Positions 33,232-42,850 of a stretch of 64,000 nucleotides of DNA are shown here, piece by piece. The DNA is from a virus. Position numbers and translations under genes: made by a program. The DNA is taken from positions 1-64,000 of the IMG/VR virus record IMGVR_UViG_3300042868_005761, one strand, 5' to 3'. Under the pieces are notes generated by a model, which did no database searches, had not been told where the DNA came from, and saw nothing but the letters and a program-made list of their open reading frames with translations. Positions within the stretch are counted from its first letter, which is position 1. Every line of letters starts with the position of its first letter.

Positions 33232-35511
33232 ATGATTGGGAGAAAGTCTAATTCAAAGTCTATTATTCTCGATATTGTTGCAACTAAACCAAATGATTCT
33301 AGTACTTATCTTCTTAAGAATATTAAGAATAATCTAGATAACATTTTGGTCTCCGAGTGGGATGCAGTTTGTGCTATTCCCAACATGCCTGCCCGGAATC
33401 ATTATCATGGTCGTGGCAAATTGCCTATTCCTTTCTATGATGAAAGCTCATCTTGTGATCTTGTTGTTACTCAGGAAGAAGCAGTGCGTCGTCTTGGAAT
33501 GCAGTATGTTGATATCTCAACTAAGCCAATTCCTAATGACTCTACAATTGCTTTTGGCTCTGGCTATTACTCCAATGACGAGCAAAAGGCTTTTGCTTTA
33601 AAGTATGATTGTAGCATTGCAAAGGCTCCTAGCAAGACACAGTATTATGTTTTGTCTAGCAATGAAGAGCGTTCTCTTAATCATATTGTAAAGTATCCTC
33701 AGGGTATGATGAAGGCTGCTCCTATTAAGGCAGTTATTGCAACACCACATGCTATTAAGAATGCTCTTGAGCGGCATTTCCTGAGCAATCAAGCAGCAAT
33801 TAAGGATAACATTGTTAAGTTACTTGTTGGTACTCGTTCAATGGATTCTAGCGGTGCTGTTAGTCGCGGCAATTATCAACATAGTCCTTATGAAGCAATA
33901 CTTGAAACTATTAAGTATGGCTATCTTGGCCCTGCTTATACTAGTCCTTACTCTGATTTGAAGATAGAGGAAATTACAGGTAGGGGCCGCGTACTGAACT
34001 CTCCTCATTTTGTCTTTGATTGGGGATGGTCAAATCGCATTCTCAGAGGAGTAGATGTTCCAAAATCTAACACTCCAACTGGATATGCATATAATGTTCT
34101 ATATAATGTTCCCATGCTTTATATGTCCTTTATGTCTGATGCAGAGATCCTAGACTTTAAGAATGGCTCTAAGCTTGAAATGCCTTTTCCTCAATGGAAT
34201 GAGTGGCAGGCCAGGTGGGAAAGAAAAAGTGCTGGACAATACTATGGCAATAGCTATGGTCTTAACAGTGGATCATTTTCTTCTGAGGTTACTCCTGCCA
34301 AGCTGGAGATTGATCTTCTAGATACTGAGCACTACGAAGTTATAAATACTGATAAATATATTGCACTGGGAACTTATTTTGATTCACTAGACCGTTTGTT
34401 TGGATTTCTTTCTGAGAATCCTGATATCACGGTTGTTAGTGAAAGTGCTTTTGTTGCTCAGCTAAAGCAAAGTAATCCTACGTTGAATCTTACAACATAT
34501 GATTCCTTGTATGGAATGTTCCGAAGCGAAGATCAGAACACCAGAAAGACTGCAAGTAAAATGCTTCAGTCTTTTGACTTGCCTGAACTTGCTCCAGATC
34601 AAAACTATAATGGATCTATTTGGCAAAATTCCGAAGAGCCTAAGTCTTATGCTCTTCATATGGCTATGGATCTTGTGGCTAACTCTAATGTTACAGGCGC
34701 AAGCCTCAACAAGTGGGTTCAAAAGAAGGTTGGCGAGACTCTTACTAGTCTGGTCAATAGTCGTAGCAGAACCAGACATGGATATGCATCGACTCCTTAT
34801 CAGTATGGCGTAAATAATTATAGACGCACATTCTGTGGTTTCAATGAGAAAGATGCTCATCCAGCAATGCCCTATGATGATAGGGCTAAGTGGCACGAGA
34901 TCGTAAATGCTATTAATGAACTTGTTCCTGCTTACTTTGACGAGCAGACAAAGCATATGCCTAAGTACTTTAATACTTTTACAATTTCTATTGTAAAGAA
35001 TAAGACCTTTGAAGCATACACTGCAATGTATGTGGATCTTACTAGCAGGGAAGACAGTCTCACCCAAGAGGAAAAGATTAATCTTGGATATCTTCAATTG
35101 TTTATGAGACATTACGTCGAGTATACATTTACAAGATACTATCTTGGTCAGAGCAATAATATTGGCTATGACTTGAATGTTAAGTGTGGGGCCGATATCC
35201 CAGCTGCTGCCGATGCTAAGCTTATGAACTCAATTTTTGGTGAGTATAAGAAGAAGTTTATTCAAGCTAAGGCTAAGGCTCTTGCCAATCCTGTTAAGTA
35301 TATGGAAATTCTAATCAAGAACGAGACAGACTATCGAGTAAAGTATATTCATAGTCTTTCTGGCTATAGATCTGAGTTAATTGCTGATTATGCTAATCAG
35401 TCATTCCTTCTAGGATTTCCTAAGAATATCATTACTCAAGGTCGTCCTGATGTTACAGTACAATGTACTGAAATTCTAGACGTATTTGACTACTATATCG
35501 CTAATCTTTAA
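33232..35511 (+). CDS. hypothetical protein
   Basis: 759-aa ORF. Confidence 0.8.
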   Translation: MIGRKSNSKSIILDIVATKPNDSSTYLLKNIKNNLDNILVSEWDAVCAIPNMPARNHYHGRGKLPIPFYDESSSCDLVVTQEEAVRRLGMQYVDISTKPIPNDSTIAFGSGYYSNDEQKAFALKYDCSIAKAPSKTQYYVLSSNEERSLNHIVKYPQGMMKAAPIKAVIATPHAIKNALERHFLSNQAAIKDNIVKLLVGTRSMDSSGAVSRGNYQHSPYEAILETIKYGYLGPAYTSPYSDLKIEEITGRGRVLNSPHFVFDWGWSNRILRGVDVPKSNTPTGYAYNVLYNVPMLYMSFMSDAEILDFKNGSKLEMPFPQWNEWQARWERKSAGQYYGNSYGLNSGSFSSEVTPAKLEIDLLDTEHYEVINTDKYIALGTYFDSLDRLFGFLSENPDITVVSESAFVAQLKQSNPTLNLTTYDSLYGMFRSEDQNTRKTASKMLQSFDLPELAPDQNYNGSIWQNSEEPKSYALHMAMDLVANSNVTGASLNKWVQKKVGETLTSLVNSRSRTRHGYASTPYQYGVNNYRRTFCGFNEKDAHPAMPYDDRAKWHEIVNAINELVPAYFDEQTKHMPKYFNTFTISIVKNKTFEAYTAMYVDLTSREDSLTQEEKINLGYLQLFMRHYVEYTFTRYYLGQSNNIGYDLNVKCGADIPAAADAKLMNSIFGEYKKKFIQAKAKALANPVKYMEILIKNETDYRVKYIHSLSGYRSELIADYANQSFLLGFPKNIITQGRPDVTVQCTEILDVFDYYIANL

Positions 35512-35519
35512 AGGAAAGT

Positions 35520-36194
35520 ATGTATCTTAAGTACGACAAAAGATTACTCTCAAAAGACAAACCATTTATTTTTGCTTGCTCAGGTGGGCCGGATAGTATG
35601 GCTTGCTTGCACTTCTTAACAAAGGGTAAGCATAGTCAGCATGGCATGGTGGTATTTATCCATCATGGCACAATAACCTCTGATCTTTCTGAAAAGATTG
35701 TTAGAGATTATTGTAAGGCTCATTCTTGGCAATTTAAGTCCTTGGCTATTAATCCAGATAGACCAATGGCTTCTAGTCAAGAAGAGTACTGGCGCGACGA
35801 GAGATACAGACTTTTTGGTCAAGTAGCAGCGAGTTTTAGCGCTTGTAAAATTATTACAGCTCATCACTTAGATGACGCTGTCGAAACATACCTTTTTAAT
35901 ACGTTGAATGGCAAAGCTTATACTATGCCAGTCAGTCGTCGTTTAAAAGAAGATTCAAATGTCTTTGTAGTTAGACCTTTCATTAGAAACAAAAAAGAAT
36001 CTTTACTAATGTATTGCAAAGAAAATAATCTTTGCTATTATGTTGATCCAACTAATTTTGATGGCTCAAACATGAGATCCTACATTAGGAAGAACATTGT
36101 GCCTCACGCACTATTCGTAAATGCTGGTCTATATACTGTAGTGGAAAAGATTCTTTATCCACCAAATAATAAAGTACTATTTGAATACATTTAG
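35520..36194 (+). CDS. tilS: tRNA(Ile)-lysidine synthetase (catalytic domain only)
   Basis: PP-loop SGGPDS, R..RY, AHHLDDAVET, RPF, D.TN..R..IR. Confidence 0.9.
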   Translation: MYLKYDKRLLSKDKPFIFACSGGPDSMACLHFLTKGKHSQHGMVVFIHHGTITSDLSEKIVRDYCKAHSWQFKSLAINPDRPMASSQEEYWRDERYRLFGQVAASFSACKIITAHHLDDAVETYLFNTLNGKAYTMPVSRRLKEDSNVFVVRPFIRNKKESLLMYCKENNLCYYVDPTNFDGSNMRSYIRKNIVPHALFVNAGLYTVVEKILYPPNNKVLFEYI

Positions 36195-36253
36195 AAAAGT
36201 AAATGTGCTATGGTGCAATTTGCTTTTCTTGGGGATGGGATATCCCCTCTTTT

Positions 36254-36327
36254 GGACTCATATCTCAATTGGTCAGAGAAGACGGCTCATAACCGTTTGG
36301 TTCTAGGTTCAAGTCCTAGTGGGTCCA
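36254..36327 (+). tRNA. tRNA-Ile2(CAU)
   Basis: GACGG-CTCATAA-CCGTT arm; Ile2-like body; adjacent to tilS. Confidence 0.85.
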
Positions 36328-36348
36328 CTTAATTTTGTCTGCTATTTT

Positions 36349-36421
36349 GCGACGGTAACTCAGTTGGTAGAGTAGCGGACTTTTAATCCGTCAGTCGAGG
36401 GTTCGAGCCCCTCCCGTCGTA
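36349..36421 (+). tRNA. tRNA-Lys(UUU)
   Basis: GCGGA-CTTTTAA-TCCGT; full cloverleaf. Confidence 0.93.
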
Positions 36422-36440
36422 CTGGTATCTTATTGTTAAT

Positions 36441-36515
36441 CGGGATGTAGCGCAGTGGTAGCGCGCTTGCTTTGGGAGCAAGATGTCGCAGGTTCGATCC
36501 CTGTCATCCCGACCA
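36441..36515 (+). tRNA. tRNA-Pro(UGG)
   Basis: CTTGC-TTTGGGA-GCAAG; encoded CCA. Confidence 0.95.
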
Positions 36516-36516
36516 T

Positions 36517-36589
36517 GCTTCAATAGCTCAGTTGGTAGAGCCCTGGTTTTGTAAACCAGTGGTCGTAGGTTCGAGTCCTACTTGAAGCA
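36517..36589 (+). tRNA. tRNA-Thr(UGU)
   Basis: CTGGT-TTTGTAA-ACCAG. Confidence 0.93.
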
Positions 36590-36637
36590 CTTATAATTAG
36601 TTATTTGAAAATTAATCTGTAACAAAGGAGATATATT

Positions 36638-36952
36638 ATGTTGTATCCTCATACTGATACTTTTTGGATGCCTAGTCTTGATGGTGAATACCACACCGTT
36701 ACGACTCCAAGAGGTCCACTTACGGCTTATATTGTTCATGAGACTGATGAGATTAGACTTATTCGTAAGGATCCCTTTAGTAGGGCTTACTACGTTCTCT
36801 ATCCTGAGATGAGTAGTAGTGAATTTATGTTGTGTCTGTCTGCTTGGAATCAGGGAAAGATGATTCAGGAAGCATTTCCTAGACTGGACTCAACAGATCG
36901 TGAATTTCTAATTACTGGTATGGTAGATAGTTGGCCTAGTAAGGAACTATGA
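36638..36952 (+). CDS. phage hypothetical protein
   Basis: IQEAFP.L...DREFLITG motif. Confidence 0.75.
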   Translation: MLYPHTDTFWMPSLDGEYHTVTTPRGPLTAYIVHETDEIRLIRKDPFSRAYYVLYPEMSSSEFMLCLSAWNQGKMIQEAFPRLDSTDREFLITGMVDSWPSKEL

Positions 36953-38118
36953 TTACACTTGGTTACTGCTGTAATAGCCTAGGAACACATAAAACTAACT
37001 TTAAAACTATTACTCTTAAGAAGATCAAGACTCTTAACTTTGAGCCAGTTCCGTTTGATGGCAGTTGGCGTCATCTTGATGACTGGTATGCGCACTATGA
37101 CCATATGGAAGTTGGCGCTAAAGTTCTCTTTAATATCTATGTTCATAATATTAAGGAATTGATTGCTGTTCTAGACTATAACATTCAGAACAATATCAAG
37201 TTGTATCGCATTAGCAGTAATTTATTTCCACTCTGGAGCTATGGACAGAGTCTAGAATTTACCTATAAAAATTTTAATTATTGGATTAGACCATCTAAAG
37301 TCTTTAACTCTATGATCAAAGGTAGATTTGATGGAGCTTTTAATGGCCTTGAGCTTCAACTAAGAAAGACTGTTCAGAAATATCTGGATGGAGGCGGTCG
37401 CTTGACTATGCATCCTCCAGAGTTTGTTAGTCTTGGTGGATCACCTGTAGTCCAGAACTCATCTAAAGCAGAACTTATTGCCCATGCAATGTTTCTTGAC
37501 TGGATTGGTGCCCCAGCTGATTACTCTTGTCCACTTAACATTCACGTTAGTAGAGGCGCTGATAATCCAGCTATAACTGCAAATAATGTTAATGTCATGC
37601 TTTTGCAGGTACTAAAGCACTATCCTAATGCTTTTAAGCGTATTGTTTTTGAGACTGAGGACAAGGGTTGCTGGACATGGCAAGAACTTATTAAACATTT
37701 TCCTGGTATGCCAATCACCCTAGATGTGCATCATTGGAAAATTAATAATGAAGGCGAGCCATTAAGTGAAGCGCTTGAAGCATGCCATGAAACATGGAAA
37801 ACTCGTACTAATTATAGTAAGCATATTCAGTTTGTAATTGATCATCCTTCAGAAATTAATAATGCTAATTATCAAATGTCTATTAAGCCTGTAAGTTCAT
37901 TTGATTTTTATTGGTGGCGCTCTAAAGCATACAAACCATTACTGCATATTTCAAAAGGTCGAGATCATGAATATGACAGATCTCATCATGATTATGTAGA
38001 TGAGATTTCTGACAATTTACTTTATGCACCTTTTGATCTCGATCTTGAGGTTGAGGCTAAGGCTAAAGACTTGGCTTATTTTGCATTGCGTGACAAGTAT
38101 AAAGAACTTGTGGCGTAA
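36949..38118 (+). CDS. uvsE: UV-damage endonuclease
   Basis: LGYCC, YRISS.LFP, RLTMHP, NIH, LDVHH, HIS..H.DY, EAKAKD. Confidence 0.88.
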   Translation: MITLGYCCNSLGTHKTNFKTITLKKIKTLNFEPVPFDGSWRHLDDWYAHYDHMEVGAKVLFNIYVHNIKELIAVLDYNIQNNIKLYRISSNLFPLWSYGQSLEFTYKNFNYWIRPSKVFNSMIKGRFDGAFNGLELQLRKTVQKYLDGGGRLTMHPPEFVSLGGSPVVQNSSKAELIAHAMFLDWIGAPADYSCPLNIHVSRGADNPAITANNVNVMLLQVLKHYPNAFKRIVFETEDKGCWTWQELIKHFPGMPITLDVHHWKINNEGEPLSEALEACHETWKTRTNYSKHIQFVIDHPSEINNANYQMSIKPVSSFDFYWWRSKAYKPLLHISKGRDHEYDRSHHDYVDEISDNLLYAPFDLDLEVEAKAKDLAYFALRDKYKELVA

Positions 38119-38160
38119 TGCCTTTGCTCAGGTGGCGAAATCGGCATACGCAGCAGACTT

Positions 38161-38848
38161 ATAGAAAATTTGAGCCCTATAGGGGAAACCTTATAGGTGA
38201 AGACAATCAAATTCGGTGAAGGCTAAACTAGTTTACTAGCATGCTAATACCGAGCTAAGCCTTAAATGGCAAACACACAGTTTATTCTCCATTACCTATG
38301 CTATAATATTACTATGAGAAAATATAAAGATTATACAGATCAGCAAATAATAGATGCTGTTAAGGCTAGTAAAAGCATTTCCCAAGTACTTAAAGTTCTT
38401 GGGCTAAAGCAAGCTGGAGGTAATTACGCAAATGTCCAACGGAACATCCAAAGACTATTGTGTGACACCTCTCACTTTACTGGCAAAGGTTGGAATAAAG
38501 ATCAACAGTTGAAAGACTGGAGTTCTTATTCTAAAGCTGCTAATCTAAAACCTCATTTAATAAAAAAGCGTACTCATCAATGCGAACAATGTAATCTTTC
38601 AGAATGGCTTTCTGAGCAGATAAAATTGGAAATACATCACATTGATGGAGATAGGACAAATAATGTAGAAGAAAACTTGCAGTTGCTTTGTCCAAACTGT
38701 CATTCTATGACAGACTCTTGGAGAAAAGCAAACCATTTAAGGAAAGTGTAGAGACTAGACGGTTGTTACCTAATGTAGAAATACTATGGTAAAGGTATAG
38801 TCCAGACCACAAACGGCATATGCTGGTAGTGAAAACTATAGTGGTAAG
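38161..38848 (+). mobile_element. group I intron (trnL-UAA type, IC3-like)
   Basis: follows U, ends in G; core elements TGAGCC, CAAATTCGGTGAA, ATACCGAGCTAA, GTGTAGAGACTAGA, AAGGTATAGTCC. Confidence 0.88.
38266..38751 (+). CDS. intron-encoded HNH homing endonuclease
   Basis: CEQC..LEIHHIDGD.TNN...NL.LLCPNCH; start may be 38314. Confidence 0.9.
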   Translation: MANTQFILHYLCYNITMRKYKDYTDQQIIDAVKASKSISQVLKVLGLKQAGGNYANVQRNIQRLLCDTSHFTGKGWNKDQQLKDWSSYSKAANLKPHLIKKRTHQCEQCNLSEWLSEQIKLEIHHIDGDRTNNVEENLQLLCPNCHSMTDSWRKANHLRKV

Positions 38849-38902
38849 AAAATCTGCCTTCCTTGGAATTACGGGTTCAAGTCCCGTCCTGAGCACTTAT
38901 TT

Positions 38903-38984
38903 GGGAGTATCGCATAGTGGCAATTGCAGGGGACTGTAAATCCCCCGACTTCGGTCTACGTTGGTTCGAGTCCATCTACTCCCA
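38903..38984 (+). tRNA. tRNA-Tyr(GUA)
   Basis: GGGGA-CTGTAAA-TCCCC; variable arm GAC-TTCG-GTC. Confidence 0.92.
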
Positions 38985-39030
38985 CTTTATATTAATTCTA
39001 TTTAAACTTTAATAGATTATAGGTTTTACT

Positions 39031-39405
39031 ATGGTAATAGACTTTGAAATGCTTGCTCGTCGCGCAGTAGCGTGCAAGCGGTGGAGCTGGGCCCCAGGCA
39101 TGTTTACGGACAGCAACCAGCGGATTGTTCGCATGTATAAAGGCGTCTGGCTTGGCTACCAGAGTTATCACAATGAGGTTACCGAGGTAGCCCCAGACGC
39201 AATCCCCGACCTCTCAGACCCTGCAACGCTCGGCTGCCTTCTGGCGCTGGTGCGTGAACAGTGGGGAGATGGCGTCCATCTGATTCCAGATGGCGGCTGG
39301 TATGTGAAAGGCGCTCGTCTGAAGAACGGGTCCACCATCAACCTTGGCATCTGCACTAAAACTGAAGCCGAAGCCCTTGTCGCCGCACTGGAATGCGCTC
39401 TATAA
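39031..39405 (+). CDS. hypothetical protein (GC-rich island)
   Basis: PDLSDPATLGCLLALVRE; markedly higher GC than its neighbours. Confidence 0.75.
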   Translation: MVIDFEMLARRAVACKRWSWAPGMFTDSNQRIVRMYKGVWLGYQSYHNEVTEVAPDAIPDLSDPATLGCLLALVREQWGDGVHLIPDGGWYVKGARLKNGSTINLGICTKTEAEALVAALECAL

Positions 39406-39564
39406 ATATTTATTACTCTATATTAAATATCTAAACAATAAACTGGAGATTAATATGGAAGATTCTAATCTAGAAGAGAGTGAGGCTTATTGGGAAACAG
39501 CAATGCTTCATGGCATTGATGGTGTTAATGATTGTTATGATCTTGAACCGCCCGAGGATAAAAC

Positions 39565-40623
39565 TTGAAACTAAACTTTAAGACAATTTATGTAGAAAAT
39601 AATATTTATTCTCAGAATGAGTCAAGAAGATTGACAGATATTATTGGGGCATTTCCTGAGGCTACTGTCAAAAAAGTTGCGAGCCATTGGAAGATTCCTG
39701 ATCTTGTAGATATGGATCCTGTTGATTGGATTAAGGCCAAGAAACATATCTTGGTTCTTGGTAAACTTAAGATTCTTGCAAGCACAGTTAATGGTAGAAG
39801 CTCTGATTTTATTGCTCCATCTCATAGTAATGGTTGCTTAAGTGCATGTCAGTATTGCTATGTTGCTCGACGGAAGGGCGGCAGTAATCCTTTGACAGTA
39901 TTTCTTAATAGTGAGAAGATTGCTGAAAGCATTGTAGATCATTGTAACGAGCTTGGTCCTAAGCCCGAAGCTAATCAGTGTGATCCAGAATACTGGATCT
40001 ATGATATTGGCAACAACAATGATGTCAGCATTGACGCAATGATTAGTGATAATCCATTTGTACTAATGGAAGCTATTAAAAGTACTAAGCATGGTAAGTT
40101 GACTTTTGCAACTAAAACTGTTAATATTGAGCCATTCTTGATGTTCAATCCTGAAAAACGTACTCGTATTAGATACAGTCTTATGCCTCAGGCTGTCTCT
40201 AAGTATGTTGATATTCGAACTTCACCTATCGAAGATCGTATTGACGCAATGAATGTACTTGTTGACGCTGGCTATGAAGTTCATGCTAACTTTTCTCCTG
40301 TAATTATGTACGGAGATAAGCAGTGGAAAAAAGATTGGGTTGAGCTTTGGAAGCTTATGGATTCTAAGCTAACAGATAAAGCTAAGCTTCAGATGAAGTC
40401 TGAGGTTATTTTTCTAACTCATAGCTCTGACTTGCATGATCTTAACATGCAATGGAATCCCAAGGGTGAAGAGTTTCTCTGGACTCCTGAGAATCAGCAA
40501 GTCAAAGCTAATAAAGCCGACGTGCTTTGCTATAAGTATGGACTTAAGGGCGAGAATGTCAAAGCTTTTTGCTCTGGCATTAAGAAATTTATTCCCTGGT
40601 GCCAAGTTCGTTATGCCTTTTAA
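39565..40623 (+). CDS. spore photoproduct lyase family radical SAM protein
   Basis: GCLSACQYCY (Cx3Cx2C), FATK, RIRYSL, TS.I..RI.A, NFSPVI. Confidence 0.85.
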   Translation: MKLNFKTIYVENNIYSQNESRRLTDIIGAFPEATVKKVASHWKIPDLVDMDPVDWIKAKKHILVLGKLKILASTVNGRSSDFIAPSHSNGCLSACQYCYVARRKGGSNPLTVFLNSEKIAESIVDHCNELGPKPEANQCDPEYWIYDIGNNNDVSIDAMISDNPFVLMEAIKSTKHGKLTFATKTVNIEPFLMFNPEKRTRIRYSLMPQAVSKYVDIRTSPIEDRIDAMNVLVDAGYEVHANFSPVIMYGDKQWKKDWVELWKLMDSKLTDKAKLQMKSEVIFLTHSSDLHDLNMQWNPKGEEFLWTPENQQVKANKADVLCYKYGLKGENVKAFCSGIKKFIPWCQVRYAF

Positions 40624-40631
40624 GGAGATTC

Positions 40632-41702
40632 ATGGAATCTAATAATTACTCTGCTTCTCGAGAAGTGGAATTCGTTGATATTGTTGTTGGGCTTGCTTGG
40701 GGTGATGAAGGCAAAGGCAAGGTTGTTAGCTCACTTGTTGACTACCAGCATTATGACTTTGTCTGTCGCTTTAACGGCGGCCCTAATGCAGGTCATACTG
40801 TTTACTTGGATGGTAAGCAGTACAAGACCCACCTTATCCCTAGCGGAGTATTCCACGGTGTTCCCAGCATCATTGGTCCTGCTTGCGTAATCAATGTTAG
40901 CAAGTTCATGGCAGAGATTGCCTATCTAGAAGCTAATGGGTTTGATACGAGTCTTGTTAAGGTTTCACCTAAGGCTCATGTAATTACTCAGGATCACATT
41001 AGCTATGACACTAATTATCTTTCACATCTTGGTACTACCGGACAAGGTATTGCTCCGTGTTATTCAGACAAGATGTTGCGTAAAGGAATTCGTGCGGCTG
41101 AAATGCTTGATCCTAAGTGGATCTGGGATGAGCAACTTTTTGGTTGCATTCTTGCAGAAGGTGCACAGAGCGTTTGGTTAGATATTGATCATGGATCATA
41201 CCCATACGTTACTAGCAGCTCTACTCTGCCATATAATGCTTGTTCTCTTGGCTTTTCGCCTAGAGACATCTATAAAATTATTGGCGTTGGTAAGATGTAC
41301 GATACTAAGAGTGGTGCTGATCCTATGTTTCCTGTTAGCCTAATGACTGATCCAGTTCTTGCTGAGATTGGCAGGCTTGGAAAGGAGCAAGGTACAACTA
41401 CTGGACGTCAAAGAATTGTTAATTATCTTAATCTTGATAAGATGATTGCTGCAATTCGTTTGTCTGGTGTAACTAATGTTGTAATTAACAAGGGCGATAT
41501 TCTTAATAAGATTGAGGATGGGAATCCATTCAAGTTTTATTATCAGAATGAGCTTGTTGTCTGCCGAGCGCTTAAGCAAATGCAGGATACTATTGCAGGA
41601 ATTATTGAAAGAGAATGTCCTAATCTTCTACAGGAAGAGGTGATTTTCTCTGATCATCCAGAAATTGTTAATTGGGAGGAATATTTTCCATGGAACAAGT
41701 AG
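40632..41702 (+). CDS. purA: adenylosuccinate synthetase
   Basis: WGDEGKGK, GG.NAGHT, GTT..GI.P.Y, EGAQ..LDIDHG.YPYVTSS, GTTTGR. Confidence 0.93.
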   Translation: MESNNYSASREVEFVDIVVGLAWGDEGKGKVVSSLVDYQHYDFVCRFNGGPNAGHTVYLDGKQYKTHLIPSGVFHGVPSIIGPACVINVSKFMAEIAYLEANGFDTSLVKVSPKAHVITQDHISYDTNYLSHLGTTGQGIAPCYSDKMLRKGIRAAEMLDPKWIWDEQLFGCILAEGAQSVWLDIDHGSYPYVTSSSTLPYNACSLGFSPRDIYKIIGVGKMYDTKSGADPMFPVSLMTDPVLAEIGRLGKEQGTTTGRQRIVNYLNLDKMIAAIRLSGVTNVVINKGDILNKIEDGNPFKFYYQNELVVCRALKQMQDTIAGIIERECPNLLQEEVIFSDHPEIVNWEEYFPWNK

Positions 41703-42838
41703 AAACTACTGATGATGCTGTAACTAATTACTTTTTGCCTACCCTTTATAAGAAAGTAAATGGCAATAAGATTGAGGAATGGACTATTGCCGTCTTAGGT
41801 AATGGTTCATTCTACACAACAAGTGGGCATATTGATGGTGTTAAAACTACCAGTAAGCCTACTCTTTGTGAGCCAATGAATGTTGGCAAGAAAAATGCGA
41901 CTACTGCTGCTGATCAAGCTGCAAAGGAAGCAAAGGCTAAATGGGATAAGCAGATCAAGAAAGGCTACACTGAGACTGTCGAGAACGTAGATGAGGCTCT
42001 ACCTTACCAGGTAATGCTCGCTAAGAACTACGATGACTACGCAGATGACATTACTTGGCCTGCTTATACTCAGCCTAAGCTAGATGGCATTCGGTGCCGG
42101 ATCAATAAGGATGGTATGTGGACTAGAAACAATGAAAAGATTGTATCATGTCCTCATATTAATACAGCACTTGCTTCATTCTTTGAGAAGTGTCCGGATG
42201 TCCAGCTAGATGGCGAGCTTTACAATCATGAATTTAAGGATAACTTTAATAAGATTGTAGAACTTGTTAAGCGCCAGAAGATTGACGATGCTCAACTTGC
42301 TGAAAGCAAGAAGTATATTCAATTCTGGTGTTACGACAATATGGTAAGTGGTAACTTCATTGACCGCCTTAAGTTCTTTAAGCAATACAATACGTTTGGT
42401 ATGAAACTGATCGACATGAAATATGTCACAACAGTTGAAACACACACTGTAAATAGCCAGGAAGAAGTCCAGGCTAAGCTTACTGCATATCTTAAGGAAG
42501 GATATGAAGGTCTTATGCTTAGAAGAAATACTGCTTATGAGAATAAGCGAAGTAAGAATCTTCTAAAGCTTAAGAAGTTTATCGATAGCGAGTATGAGAT
42601 TGTTAACGTTGTTGAGGGCGAGGGGAACAAGTCTGGCATGGCTGGGGCATTTACCCTGGTCATGTCAGACGGTCGCCACTTTAATAGTAATATTATGGGT
42701 CCTCATGACTATCTTGTGAGACTATGGGAGAACAAAGATTCACTTATAGGTAAGCAGGTAACTATTCAATATTTCAATCTCACCCCTGATGGGGTACCTA
42801 GGTTTCCATATGCGAAAGCATTAAGAGACTACGAATAA
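41690..42838 (+). CDS. ATP-dependent DNA ligase
   Basis: QPKLDGIR, LDGELY, EGLM, LLKLK, PRFP. Confidence 0.93.
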   Translation: MEQVETTDDAVTNYFLPTLYKKVNGNKIEEWTIAVLGNGSFYTTSGHIDGVKTTSKPTLCEPMNVGKKNATTAADQAAKEAKAKWDKQIKKGYTETVENVDEALPYQVMLAKNYDDYADDITWPAYTQPKLDGIRCRINKDGMWTRNNEKIVSCPHINTALASFFEKCPDVQLDGELYNHEFKDNFNKIVELVKRQKIDDAQLAESKKYIQFWCYDNMVSGNFIDRLKFFKQYNTFGMKLIDMKYVTTVETHTVNSQEEVQAKLTAYLKEGYEGLMLRRNTAYENKRSKNLLKLKKFIDSEYEIVNVVEGEGNKSGMAGAFTLVMSDGRHFNSNIMGPHDYLVRLWENKDSLIGKQVTIQYFNLTPDGVPRFPYAKALRDYE

Positions 42839-42850
42839 AGGAAATAATTT

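Larger units (their letters stand above)
38126..38895 (+). tRNA. tRNA-Leu(UAA) split by an intron (exons 38126-38160 and 38849-38895)
   Basis: joined exons give GCAGA-CTTAAAA-TCTGC, GCTCAGG/CCTGAGC acceptor stem and a long variable arm. Confidence 0.9.

Noticed and set aside
36254-36327. tRNA-Met
   Set aside because: Lacks initiator features (C1-A72 mismatch, three G-C pairs in the anticodon stem); resembles Ile2 and neighbours tilS
40632-41702. PurZ / 2-aminoadenine (Z-base) DNA
   Set aside because: The motif is GDEGKGK with the catalytic Asp of PurA, not the GSxGKG of PurZ; no DatZ or MazZ recognised in the window
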